NCBI GenBank assembly: GCA_963735805.1
Contig: CAVTMK010000002.1
Location: 608,001-672,000 of the forward strand
Length of the DNA: 64,000 nucleotides
From: an uncultured Verrucomicrobiae bacterium
GTDB taxonomy: Bacteria > Verrucomicrobiota > Verrucomicrobiia > Chthoniobacterales > UBA10450
Direction of reading: 5' to 3'
Both the position numbers and the translations under genes were made by a program. The notes under the pieces were generated by a model. The model saw only the letters and a list, made by a program, of their open reading frames with translations, was not told the origin of the DNA and did no database searches. Shown in pieces: positions 37,395 through 46,985 of the stretch. The first letter of the stretch is position 1. Every line of letters begins with the position of its first letter.

Positions 37395-39782
37395 TCAAGG
37401 TGCGGCCAACGTCCAGCCAGCCGGAATAGTTGGTCCCCACGCGGCGCCGGTGTAAACATTGTTACTGAGATACCAGATCGCCGTTTGTCGAGTGTTAGTG
37501 TTATAAAGCGTATAGTCTGGATTGCCGTCACCGTTAAAGTCGGTTGTGGCTACCAGTGCCCAGTCGCTGGGAAGGACGGGCCCCCAGGCGGCACCAACGA
37601 GGGTTAATCCCGATAAGTAGCCGATAGCTGTGTAGCCTGAGCTGGGATGGAACAAGAGATAATCTGGGTGACCGTCGTGATCAAAATCCGCTGCACCCAC
37701 CACTGTCCAGCCTGGCGGGAGAGTTGGACCATAGCCACCACCCGTGTGAACGTTATTGTTCATGTACCAGATCGCTGTTTGATGCGTGGCACTGTTATAA
37801 AGCACATAATCCGGTCTGCTATCGCCGTTAAAATCGGCCGTGCCCACCAATTCCCATCCACTGGGAAGGGTCGGCCCGTCGGCGCTCCTGATGAACGTTG
37901 GTCCAGATAAATACCAAAGTGCCGTTTGATTCGTATTTGCGGCGAATAGGGCATAATCTGGATGGCTGTCGAGATCGAAATCCGCCACACCTCTCAACGC
38001 CCAACCAGCCGCAAGAGTGGGGCCGAGCGCGGCGCCGATGACAACGTTGTTGTTCAGGTACACGATCTCTGTTTGGCCCGTGGCGGCATGACGGATCACC
38101 CAGTCCGGGTGGCCGTCACCGTTAAAGTCAGTCGTAGCTGCGCTAGGCGTAGGTGTCGTTGTTGCAGTTGGCGTAGGTGTCGGTGGTGGTGGAGTCGGAG
38201 TAGATATTGGTGTTGACGTTGCGGTAGCTGTTGGAGTAGACGTTGGCGTTGCTGTTGACGTAGGGCTAGCACTCGGCGTAGGGGTTCCGGTGGGCGTCGG
38301 TGTAGGAGTACCTGTTCCGGTTGCCAGCGGATGCGGGTAAACATAAGGCGTGTATCCCGGCATCGGCGCGTTGTTAAAGTAATGCACATTGGCTCTGACA
38401 CCCGGGCCTGCGCTAAAATTGACTTGTGCGTTACCAGTCGTGTTGTTCCACGAGTAGCACGGCTCGGTTACTTGATCGTTCCATCCGGCAGGTCGAACGG
38501 GCGGGTTGCCAGTAATCAAAGAACCGAGCGCCCGACCGGGCTGATCCAGGGCGTGAACTACCTTGCGAATTTCAAGTGAATCGCCTGCGCAGAAGGACAT
38601 GGCTGGCGGTGTCGGATAACCACCGTCATCCGAGTAAGTGATCGTATTCGATGTGTTGCTCAGAATCTCGCTGAAACTAATGCTGCCTGAGCTGCAAACA
38701 TCGCTGGTGCGCCTGACAGCGTATCCTGCCCAGTAGTTCGTTGTCCAGTTAGCGCCGGAGACGGTCACGGTTCTGTTCGAGCTGTTGGACGCCGCCGTCC
38801 CCGTGAAGAATGCGTTCGGCTCGTTCACATCCCATGCATTTGTCCCGTCAGCGCCGCCCCAGGGGTCAAACGGGTAAAAGTTTCGGAAATTTTCAAGCGT
38901 AAACGTCGCTGAATCGCCCCAATATCCGCTAATGCTGTTGTCGTGAAACAGCACCCCTCCTGAGCGTACGCCGCCTATGAACCTGTTAAGATCCGTTCCG
39001 GTAAATGTATTGTTATACACTTCCATTGCCCTGCCGCCGCGCGTGCGTCCTGTGCTTTCGGTGCCGTGATTGGATATGAGTCCGTTGAAAATATTGTTGT
39101 GCCTGACGACGAATCGGCCTCCTCCGTAGGAATCTGTAACGCCTTTTTCGGATTGGTCGCTGTGCGTAAAGGTGTTATCCTCGATGAACAAGAACTGCGA
39201 TGAGCCAAAGCCAGTCGGTGCCGCCCACGAACCGTCACCCAGGGTTCGTCCGTTCCAATAGGAGTCGTAGATATTGATTGGCAGGCCAGTCCTGTCGATT
39301 ACGAACGCGTTGTGATCTATTACTCCGATTACCGTATCGAATACCGACGCACCGTTCATGTTGTTCCATTTACAATGGTCAAAACGAAATTTCGAGCCGT
39401 CGGTGTTTGAACCGACAACACGCAATATGTCAGATGCCCTGTTCGTTCGGCCTCCGTCCTGAAATTCAATCCCGGTGATGCGCGTTAGATTGCCTGCGGC
39501 GAGCGTGACCTGAATGAGTTGACCGGATTGCAAGCCGTCCCTGACAACTGTGACGCCTACTCCTGCACCTTGGAGAGTGATAGCCTTGGTTATTGTAATC
39601 CCAGTTGACCATGTAAACGTGCCGGCTGGAATCGTGATCGTGTCGCCGTTTTGGGCCTGGTTGTTGTGGATCTGCTGGATATTTTGCGGCGTTCCATCCG
39701 AGTTCCAAACCGCGGCCGCGCAGCGCGGGGCGGAAAAGCCGCTCAAAATAAGGATAAACAGAAGGATTCCCGACACCTTCAT
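37395..39782 (-). CDS. Secreted modular protein: pectin-lyase-like beta-helix, Pro/Thr linker, FG-GAP/VCBS-like repeats
   Basis: Signal peptide; GDTITIPAGT, IEDNTF/VYNNTF beta-helix rungs; (TP)n linker; four DF(N/D)xD..PD repeats with GPTLP..W. Confidence 0.85.
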   Translation of the reverse strand: MKVSGILLFILILSGFSAPRCAAAVWNSDGTPQNIQQIHNNQAQNGDTITIPAGTFTWSTGITITKAITLQGAGVGVTVVRDGLQSGQLIQVTLAAGNLTRITGIEFQDGGRTNRASDILRVVGSNTDGSKFRFDHCKWNNMNGASVFDTVIGVIDHNAFVIDRTGLPINIYDSYWNGRTLGDGSWAAPTGFGSSQFLFIEDNTFTHSDQSEKGVTDSYGGGRFVVRHNNIFNGLISNHGTESTGRTRGGRAMEVYNNTFTGTDLNRFIGGVRSGGVLFHDNSISGYWGDSATFTLENFRNFYPFDPWGGADGTNAWDVNEPNAFFTGTAASNSSNRTVTVSGANWTTNYWAGYAVRRTSDVCSSGSISFSEILSNTSNTITYSDDGGYPTPPAMSFCAGDSLEIRKVVHALDQPGRALGSLITGNPPVRPAGWNDQVTEPCYSWNNTTGNAQVNFSAGPGVRANVHYFNNAPMPGYTPYVYPHPLATGTGTPTPTPTGTPTPSASPTSTATPTSTPTATATSTPISTPTPPPPTPTPTATTTPTPSAATTDFNGDGHPDWVIRHAATGQTEIVYLNNNVVIGAALGPTLAAGWALRGVADFDLDSHPDYALFAANTNQTALWYLSGPTFIRSADGPTLPSGWELVGTADFNGDSRPDYVLYNSATHQTAIWYMNNNVHTGGGYGPTLPPGWTVVGAADFDHDGHPDYLLFHPSSGYTAIGYLSGLTLVGAAWGPVLPSDWALVATTDFNGDGNPDYTLYNTNTRQTAIWYLSNNVYTGAAWGPTIPAGWTLAAP

Positions 39783-39930
39783 AATTGCGGCTTATCGTTC
39801 CTTGCGATTCGCCGCCCGTCTTCATATCTGATTGAATCGGCATGGCAAGAAAACTTTTTTTATCGAGGCCATTGTTTTTGCAAGCCCAGCGCAGGGAATC
39901 TCTTGGCCAGAGCAGCCAGAATCTTTGCCC

Positions 39931-40134
39931 CGCAAAGCCGCATTCAAATACAATGGAGTCGCAAATTTTTGTGGATTTCTGGCAGCGCTTCCTGCCGATG
40001 TGAGTGTTTTTGATCCAAAACTCGGGAGAACACGCACTCTTGTAAAAGGAGGCCAGGTTGTACGGAAAAATGTAGTTTGGCTTCGTAAACGCAAGCTAAC
40101 GGCCGCGCACCAACCAGGAGGAACATGAGAACGA
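39931..40134 (+). repeat. 204-bp direct repeat, copy 2 (ends in AGGAGG + ATG)
   Basis: Near-identical to 35589-35792; lies between divergent genes. Confidence 0.95.
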
Positions 40135-40214
40135 AAGAGGAATTCGTCCAAAGTAATTGACGAAACAAACGGCTCTTTGATAAATCCAAGAACCGCAACC
40201 TCAACGCGAAACGA

Positions 40215-41267
40215 GTGAATACCGAGGACACAGTTAACACTGTTCTTTATGCGGGCAACGCACTCGGACCTGACAAAATCAGCGCGAACATGAACGATGT
40301 GTATGCTTCTGGGTTCAGTACCATCCTTCTGGGCCTGTTTCACATCGGACGCGGGAAGGGAGCGCACGATCCGCCTCCGGGTGATCAGCAGACTGGCGCT
40401 ATTGTCTTTAACAATCCTAATAATGAGGATCCCGGCTTGGTCGTCGTTTCGAGGGGACAACTTGTTGCTCCAATAGAATGGGTTCAGCAGTTAGAGGAAC
40501 TTCTTAAGGAAAAGAGCGGCAAGGGGGAGGTTACTAAAATAGGCTGCTCGGTAGGGGGCGGAGAAGTCGAGGATTACCAAACCATCTGGCGTTGGTTCGT
40601 AAATAATGGCGAGATTAGCCCTTACTCAGCCCTGTACGAGAATTTCAAGAAACTCCACGACGAGTTACCGTTCATAGACTTCATAGACCTCGATTGCGAA
40701 GAAACCTACTCTGACATTTACCCGAACTACGCCAAGTATGAATGGAAAACAACGGTGATTGCCTTTGGCAACATGCTGAAGCAAATCGGGTTTAACGTAA
40801 CGATCTGTCCCGCCGGAGATGTGAATGGGTGGATGCAAATACTGAATGCCCTGTACAAAGGCCCAAGTGAGAAAAAAACAGTGTCCTGGATGAATTTGCA
40901 GTGTTACGCCGGTGGCGAGGTCAACGACCCAGCCGATTGGGTCGAGGCTATCGACGCCTTGGGACGGGGCATTGACGGCGCATCGTTTACGGTGCCCGGC
41001 CTCTGGTGCTGCCACACCGACCAAGATTATCGTGGGTGGACTCCGGACTCTATGCGGAGTGAGTTCGCCGTCTGGAAGACAAGGAAGAAGAAACCGATCG
41101 CGCTGAAGGGTCGATTCATTTGGGATTATCAAGACATTCTTGCTAACCAAAACTCCACGGCCTGCGATCCGAGTTATTCGAAATCAAAATCCTCCGCCGT
41201 GTATTGCAATGCACTGGTGAACGGTTTGGCCGGGAAAATGCCCCCGAAAGAGAAGGCTCAACCCTAA
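40215..41267 (+). CDS. GH18-like (chitinase/ENGase TIM-barrel) glycoside hydrolase
   Basis: SVGG motif and DFIDLDCE matching DxxDxDxE; NLQCYAGG; FIWDY near C-terminus. Confidence 0.7.
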   Translation: MNTEDTVNTVLYAGNALGPDKISANMNDVYASGFSTILLGLFHIGRGKGAHDPPPGDQQTGAIVFNNPNNEDPGLVVVSRGQLVAPIEWVQQLEELLKEKSGKGEVTKIGCSVGGGEVEDYQTIWRWFVNNGEISPYSALYENFKKLHDELPFIDFIDLDCEETYSDIYPNYAKYEWKTTVIAFGNMLKQIGFNVTICPAGDVNGWMQILNALYKGPSEKKTVSWMNLQCYAGGEVNDPADWVEAIDALGRGIDGASFTVPGLWCCHTDQDYRGWTPDSMRSEFAVWKTRKKKPIALKGRFIWDYQDILANQNSTACDPSYSKSKSSAVYCNALVNGLAGKMPPKEKAQP

Positions 41268-41397
41268 ATTATTTCGCCTTTTTTGCGGCATCTCGGACAT
41301 CGGCGAACAAATGCGGAAATCAGGGGAAGTGTTATGACTTTACGGCACTGCTGTTATGACTCGACGCTTATTTATCCTGCATAGTCATAGGCAAATG

Positions 41398-41468
<71 letters not shown>

Positions 41469-41580
41469 GTGGGAATGCGAATGCGTTCGCGAGTAATAGT
41501 GACCGGTGACGAGCGAATAGTCAAAGCGTCAAACTGGTTGGATGGGAAGCCGATCGCGGGTCGATATAGCCTGCTATGGC

Positions 41581-42831
41581 CTATCCTTGAAACGCGGTCG
41601 CCACCAAAGTGGCGTTGTGACCGCCGAAACCGAATGAGTTAGTCAAGGCAACGCGCACTTCCTGTTCGCGGGCGACGTTAGGTGTGTAATCAAGGTCACA
41701 TTCTTCGCCTGGATTTTCCAGATTGATCGTCGGCGGGATTACGGAATCACGAATTGCGAGCGCGCAAGCTGCCATCTCGATTCCGCCGGCGCCGCCTAAC
41801 AAATGGCCGGTCATCGATTTCGTAGAGCTGATCGCGACCTTGTAGGCGTGGTCTCCAAATACCCGTTTGATCGCCCGTGTCTCGCAGATGTCACCGATCT
41901 CAGTCGAGGTAGCATGCGCGTTAATGTAATCGACCTGATCGGGCGATAGATGCGCATGGTCGAGAGCCAGTTTCATTGCGCGCGCCGCGCCTTCGCCATC
42001 TGGCGGCGGAGCTGTCATATGATAGGCATCGGCGGAAACGCCGTATCCAGTCAGTTCGCAGTAGATCTTGGCACCACGCGCTTTGGCATGTTCCAATTCC
42101 TCCACCACAGCGATTCCTGCGCCTTCGCTGACTACGAAACCGTCTCGGTCGCGATCAAATGGGCGGGACGCGCGTTCAGGTTCGTCATTGCGGGTACTCA
42201 AAGCTTTCATTGCGGAAAATCCAGCAAGGCCAATCTCGACGATGGATGCTTCTGAGCCGCCGGCGAGGAAAATGTCGGCGTCGCCAAATTTGATGATTCG
42301 CCACGATTCGCCGATGGCGTTGTTAGATGTAGCGCAGGCGGTGACAATACACATGTTGGGCCCGCGCAGATCGAACTCCATGGAGATAAGGCCGCTGGCC
42401 ATGTTGCTAAGCAACATCGGAATAGTGAACGGCGAATTCCGAGAAGGTCCCTTCGTCAAAAGGATTCTTAACTGGTCCTGAAGGGTTCTCAGTCCGCCGA
42501 TCCCACTGCTAACGAGAACACCGAAACGGTCTCGACGCTCCAAATTCGCGACATCAATTCCGCCGTCCTCGAGAGCCATCTTCGCCGCTCCCATCGCGAG
42601 CTGTGAAAAACGGTCGGTGCGGCGAACATCCTTCGGATTTTTGAAGAATGGTTTCGGATCGAAATCGCGGACTTGCCCGCCGATCCTGCAATCGTATCCC
42701 GTGGTATCAAACGCATCGATTGTATGGATGCCACTAACCCCATTCTTGAGATTGGACCAGAACGTCTCCACATCGTTGCCGACCGGCGTGAGGACGCCCA
42801 GGCCGGTGATAACTACTCTGCGATCGGTCAT
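41581..42831 (-). CDS. fabF: 3-oxoacyl-ACP synthase II
   Basis: RRVVITGLG, TACATS, SRPFDRDRDGFV, NAHATST, GHLLGGAG, NSFGFGGHN. Confidence 0.96.
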   Translation of the reverse strand: MTDRRVVITGLGVLTPVGNDVETFWSNLKNGVSGIHTIDAFDTTGYDCRIGGQVRDFDPKPFFKNPKDVRRTDRFSQLAMGAAKMALEDGGIDVANLERRDRFGVLVSSGIGGLRTLQDQLRILLTKGPSRNSPFTIPMLLSNMASGLISMEFDLRGPNMCIVTACATSNNAIGESWRIIKFGDADIFLAGGSEASIVEIGLAGFSAMKALSTRNDEPERASRPFDRDRDGFVVSEGAGIAVVEELEHAKARGAKIYCELTGYGVSADAYHMTAPPPDGEGAARAMKLALDHAHLSPDQVDYINAHATSTEIGDICETRAIKRVFGDHAYKVAISSTKSMTGHLLGGAGGIEMAACALAIRDSVIPPTINLENPGEECDLDYTPNVAREQEVRVALTNSFGFGGHNATLVATAFQG

Positions 42832-42873
42832 GGTGATGGATCGTTAAGCGTGAGGCGTTGAAACGTTAAAACG

Positions 42874-44052
42874 TCAGCTCGTTCCCATTCCAACGCTTTG
42901 AACTGTTTGAAAGAGCTTTCCTTCGGTCTTGATAGACGGCGCGATGATGATCTCCGTTTGCTGAAATTCAGCAATATTTCGAGCACCAACATTACCCATG
43001 CAGGTGGTAATCGCGCCAACCAAATTCTGGCTGCCATCGTCAACTTCTGCCGGACCAAATAGGATCTGTTTCAGCGAGCCGGTAGCGCCCACCTTGATGC
43101 GCGTCCCTCGCGGGAGATTGGCGTGCGGCGTGGCCATTCCCCAGTGATATCCGCGTCCCGGTGCTTCGCATGCCTTGGCAAAAGCACTTCCCACCATTAC
43201 GGCGTCAGCGCCACATGCGAGTGCCTTGCAAACGTCACCACCTCTGCTCATTCCGCCATCAGTAATGATCGGCACATAGCGCGATGTTTTTTTAAAGTAA
43301 GCGTCCCGCGCAGCTGCGCAATCCACAGTCGCGGTGACCTGCGGGATGCCCAGTCCAAGCACACCTCGTGAAGTGCAGGCAGCACCGGGGCCGACTCCGA
43401 CCAAAACCGCAGCCGGTCCACACTCCATTATTTCAAAAGTCACATCATAACCAACGGTGTTTCCTACAATCACCGGAATGCGCATCTCCCGGCAAAACTT
43501 CTCCAGATCAAGCGACTTGTACTCTGACGAAATATGTCGCACTGTGGAAACAGTGCTTTGTACGACAAAAACGTCCGCGCCGGCTTCCTGGGCAATCTTA
43601 CCAAATTCGGCCGCGCGCTGAGGAATGGAACTGACTGCGGCCAGTACGCCGCCGTCTTTGATTTGGCGCACGCGCGCCGCGATCAGGTCTTCCTGTATGG
43701 GTTCCTGATAAATTCGTTGGAGCAGTGCCGTGATTTCGGATTTGTCGGCTTCGACGATTTTTTGCAGCACCTCCTGGGGATTTTTGTATCGCGTTTGCAC
43801 TCCTTCGAGATTCAAAACGGCCAGCCCGCCCAATTTGTTCATAGCGGTGGCGAAACGAACGTCGACAACTCCGTCCATCGCGCTGGCGAGAATGGGAATC
43901 TTCAATTGGAGCGGCTTCGCGTCTCTGCACGGTAACCGGAAGGTGATATCGACTTCGTTTGGATTAATTGTCACGCGCCCGGGCACAAGCGCGATTTCAT
44001 CAAAACCGTAGGTTACGCGTGCTTTGCGATTCCGGCCTATCCACATTCCCAT
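42874..44052 (-). CDS. GuaB3-family IMP dehydrogenase-related protein
   Basis: YGFDEIALVP, ASAMDG, GVGPGAACTSR, DGG, WGMATP..LPRGTRI; no CBS pair. Confidence 0.88.
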   Translation of the reverse strand: MGMWIGRNRKARVTYGFDEIALVPGRVTINPNEVDITFRLPCRDAKPLQLKIPILASAMDGVVDVRFATAMNKLGGLAVLNLEGVQTRYKNPQEVLQKIVEADKSEITALLQRIYQEPIQEDLIAARVRQIKDGGVLAAVSSIPQRAAEFGKIAQEAGADVFVVQSTVSTVRHISSEYKSLDLEKFCREMRIPVIVGNTVGYDVTFEIMECGPAAVLVGVGPGAACTSRGVLGLGIPQVTATVDCAAARDAYFKKTSRYVPIITDGGMSRGGDVCKALACGADAVMVGSAFAKACEAPGRGYHWGMATPHANLPRGTRIKVGATGSLKQILFGPAEVDDGSQNLVGAITTCMGNVGARNIAEFQQTEIIIAPSIKTEGKLFQTVQSVGMGTS

Positions 44053-44053
44053 A

Positions 44054-44293
44054 TTAAATTGGCTCCATTCTAAATCGTTCGTTTAAACTTCCACAGCGCG
44101 GGCACCGAGGAAGCAGGGCGTCCGTTCGATCCTCAAATTCGAACGCGCAAATCACGCAGCGCAGCCGATACTGCAGAGCCCGTCGCTCCCGCCGCCGGCG
44201 ATTCCATTCTCCCACTATCCAGAGGAGAAAAACCGCCGCAAGAAAAAGCAGCAAATAAATCGTAACCAGGGCGGCGAGACTAACTCGAATCAC
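44054..44293 (-). CDS. Small membrane-anchored zinc-ribbon protein
   Basis: TM helix then CVIC...CPRC. Confidence 0.7.
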   Translation of the reverse strand: MIRVSLAALVTIYLLLFLAAVFLLWIVGEWNRRRRERRALQYRLRCVICAFEFEDRTDALLPRCPRCGSLNERFRMEPI

Positions 44294-45087
44294 GGCGTAG
44301 CGTTATCTGACTGTCTTGCCTGCGAGCGCGAAATGTCGCTGCCCCACTCGATTGTCGCAATGCCCCAGGTCAAAAACGCGTCGGCGCTGCGATTGTCCGG
44401 AGCACGCTGAGAGAAACGGCAACGCATGAGATAAAGGCGCCCCTGTACGTCCAACCCCGGATCACCCGAGGAATTCATCGGAAAACAGTACCTGATTTCT
44501 CCGAGTCTGCTCACTGCCACACGAAAACGAATCGCTTCAGGCGTTTCGCCATTTGAGGCGATGAACTTCAGCGCGGGCAATGTCGCAGGGCCAAAACTAT
44601 CGAGTTCCCTTGAAAACCAAACAGATGTTGAGATTGGAGCAGCAGCAAAAGAGCTCTTTTGCCGCTCCAACGGTACAGCGTCCGGCGGTTGGGAGTCGGG
44701 GGCGCGTGAATCCATTTTCAACGGTGGAAGCTCTTTGAGACTTGGTTCCATCGCGTAATAGGAGGGCACGTGTTCAACCTTCGGTAGAGCGCGAAGCCTC
44801 GCCTCGGGCGGACGATGAGTTGTAAAAGCTACTGCAGGATCTTCCGCGTCGATCCAGCGAAGTAACGTACGGCCCTCTTCAGATGCAGCTGTGATCAAAG
44901 AAACACGTGCCGGCGGCGGCAGAAGCGTGACCGTAGGTGGATAAACAACTTGAAAGATGTAAAAGCAGACAGCGTGTGCCAATAAGGAAAGCGCCAGAAA
45001 ACCTACGATGGCTGCTCGTCGACGCCGAGGTGAATCCCAGCTGAAAAGCAACGGGTCTGTCGTAAGCTCAGGACTAAGATGATTCAT
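44290..45087 (-). CDS. Hypothetical protein, possibly TonB-like energy transducer
   Basis: N-terminal TM with SLLAH, Pro-rich middle, C-terminal FRVAVS..GEI..SSGDPGLD; follows exbB-exbD. Confidence 0.55.
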   Translation of the reverse strand: MNHLSPELTTDPLLFSWDSPRRRRAAIVGFLALSLLAHAVCFYIFQVVYPPTVTLLPPPARVSLITAASEEGRTLLRWIDAEDPAVAFTTHRPPEARLRALPKVEHVPSYYAMEPSLKELPPLKMDSRAPDSQPPDAVPLERQKSSFAAAPISTSVWFSRELDSFGPATLPALKFIASNGETPEAIRFRVAVSRLGEIRYCFPMNSSGDPGLDVQGRLYLMRCRFSQRAPDNRSADAFLTWGIATIEWGSDISRSQARQSDNATP

Positions 45088-45488
45088 CGCGGCGGAGCAG
45101 CTGCAAGTGCCACCGATGTGATACCATGCTCAAGCGCAGCGTTTGTTACTTCGGTAACTGTCTCGTAGGAAGTGGAACGGTCTGCCTTAATGATAATTGA
45201 TTGTCCTTCGCGTTTCGCCGCGTCCAGTAATGGTCCAAGTTGCTCCATCGTGACGCGCTGGTCGCGGAAGTAGATGGCCGGAACTGCGCCGCCAGTAATG
45301 CTGATGATTTGCTGGTTAGTTTGTGGCCCAAGCGTAAAACGAGAGAACGGCATTGAAACGGAAATCCCCTGCTGCAAAATAAAATTCGAACTCAGTAACA
45401 AAAAGAAAACCAAAAGGAAGACGACGTTCACCAGTGCTACAAGCACAAGCCAGCCGAAGTTATAATCAATTGTTCGCTCAAGTTTCAT
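45084..45488 (-). CDS. ExbD/TolR family protein
   Basis: LVNVVFLLVFFLLL, IIIKAD; downstream of ExbB-like gene. Confidence 0.85.
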   Translation of the reverse strand: MKLERTIDYNFGWLVLVALVNVVFLLVFFLLLSSNFILQQGISVSMPFSRFTLGPQTNQQIISITGGAVPAIYFRDQRVTMEQLGPLLDAAKREGQSIIIKADRSTSYETVTEVTNAALEHGITSVALAAAPPR

Positions 45489-45552
45489 GACAACGAAGCC
45501 TTAGCGTTAAGTCTTAATTGAGCTGCAGACTGCTTAAAAACTAAACCTCTGA

Positions 45553-46233
45553 TCAAAGATCCTGGCGCGCTTGAGACTCACGTGCCGCTTCGTCAGCAGG
45601 TTGAAAACTGATGATCCCGCTGATCGGACGGCTCTCCGTCAACATGTGCACAATTTCGATCCCTGCTCGTTCCATGTCATGGAGCATGTTATTCACGCGC
45701 GAAGAAAGATAACTGTAAGCGACGAAAGTTGGCGTGGCCACAACCAGACCCGCCGCAGCCGTCAGCAAACTCTTGTATACGCCGCTGGACAGTTCAGTCA
45801 CAGTCGCATAGCCGCCGCTGGAGGAGATTGTCGCAAATGCATCGATCATTCCTGCGACAGTCCCCAGCAAGCCAAGCAACGGTGTCAGGAAAGCTATCGT
45901 AGCGAGCACCGGAAGAAACCGTTCCAGCTTTGGGACTTCGAGTTGGGCGGCTTCCTGTACGATGTCGCGCAATTCGGTACGCGGTGCATCGTGCCGAATG
46001 ATTGCTGCATGAATGACCCGGGCTACCGGTCCTGGAGTTCCAGCAGATTCGTGGAGCGCCTCTGCAAAATTCCGTCGCCGAATCAGATTTGACAGTCCCT
46101 TCAAAAATTCGCCGACATGAATTGTGGCGCGGTGAAAATAAAAAAGACGTTCGGCAAAAACCGCAATAGAGATGATGCTACACACCAGAATTGGCCACAT
46201 TAACAGGCCGCCCTTTTGGATGTAATCAATCAC
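45553..46233 (-). CDS. MotA/TolQ/ExbB proton channel family protein
   Basis: GGLLMWPI, PLLGLLGTVAGMI, LLTAAAGLVVA. Confidence 0.92.
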   Translation of the reverse strand: MIDYIQKGGLLMWPILVCSIISIAVFAERLFYFHRATIHVGEFLKGLSNLIRRRNFAEALHESAGTPGPVARVIHAAIIRHDAPRTELRDIVQEAAQLEVPKLERFLPVLATIAFLTPLLGLLGTVAGMIDAFATISSSGGYATVTELSSGVYKSLLTAAAGLVVATPTFVAYSYLSSRVNNMLHDMERAGIEIVHMLTESRPISGIISFQPADEAARESQARQDL

Positions 46234-46341
46234 GCAGTTTTTCTAGTCTTCTTTACGGGTTGTGGCAAGCCAACAACCAGATGTGATACGACTGATCGCT
46301 CAATCCAGCACTGCATTTGCAATCCCTCAAAGTAGCTTCCG

Positions 46342-46857
46342 TTATCGGGAGGCTTTCTCTCGTGCTTTCGGAGAAGACGCCGGGCGGACCTTGGGGGCAC
46401 TCGTGCCACCCACGAGTTTGCCGGATGCGTCAAACACGGAATAACCGGTTTGTTTTCCTGACGCATCGTAACTGTAAACGATCTTGTGCAAAAGCGCGCC
46501 CTCTTGGGTGCTTTGGGTCTCTTCCAGGAGACGGCCGGCATCATCATACTTGTAGTGGCTCTTGAAACGAAGGCGCCCATCGGGTCCGGAAATTTCGCCG
46601 CTCGAAAAACGTCCCGCATCGTCCAGTTCGTAACGAATCGTCTCGCGAAGCTTGCCATCTGGATCAGTGGTTGTCGCAACGGCCTTGTGCTGCGCGTTGT
46701 CGAATTTGTAAACGGTGCGTGAACCGTCTGGGTGCATCGAAACAGTCACCCTCACCGCATCACTCTGAGTTTGTTCCGGAGACTGGCTCAGTCCCGCTCG
46801 GCCGCTGAAAATAAGAACAGCGCACGCGATCGTGCGAGCTGCCGGGAAAAATTTCAT
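46342..46857 (-). CDS. Secreted hypothetical protein with YD-like repeats
   Basis: Signal peptide; YELDDAGR, YKYDDAGR, YSYDASGK repeats. Confidence 0.65.
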   Translation of the reverse strand: MKFFPAARTIACAVLIFSGRAGLSQSPEQTQSDAVRVTVSMHPDGSRTVYKFDNAQHKAVATTTDPDGKLRETIRYELDDAGRFSSGEISGPDGRLRFKSHYKYDDAGRLLEETQSTQEGALLHKIVYSYDASGKQTGYSVFDASGKLVGGTSAPKVRPASSPKAREKASR

Positions 46858-46931
46858 AGCCCGAGGAGCTTACGGTTGAGGCGGGCAGGTGCAAATGACC
46901 TGAAATTTTTTATTGACCACGCAAAGGGAAG

Positions 46932-46966
46932 GTGGTTAAAAGTGGGGTCAAGTGGAGCAAAATGGA
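46932..46966 (+). promoter_or_regulatory. MraZ-binding direct repeats at the dcw promoter
   Basis: GTGGT/GTGGG/GTGGA/ATGGA at exact 10-bp spacing (46932, 46942, 46952, 46962). Confidence 0.75.
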
Positions 46967-46985
46967 TGAATTCTCCACTCGATAC

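Noticed and set aside
38140..38320. Tandem GTTGGCGTAGGT-like repeats as a CRISPR array or VNTR
   Set aside because: They encode the Thr/Pro linker of the minus-strand secreted protein; no constant repeat-spacer structure and no cas genes in the window.
39832..40128. 98-aa ORF (and matching tail of 35259-35786) as a duplicated protein domain
   Set aside because: It coincides with the 204-bp repeat; most differences between copies are non-synonymous in this frame, so there is no sign of protein-level constraint.
46342..46857. RHS/YD toxin system
   Set aside because: Only three short YD-like repeats in a 171-aa secreted protein; no RHS core, toxin tip or immunity gene.
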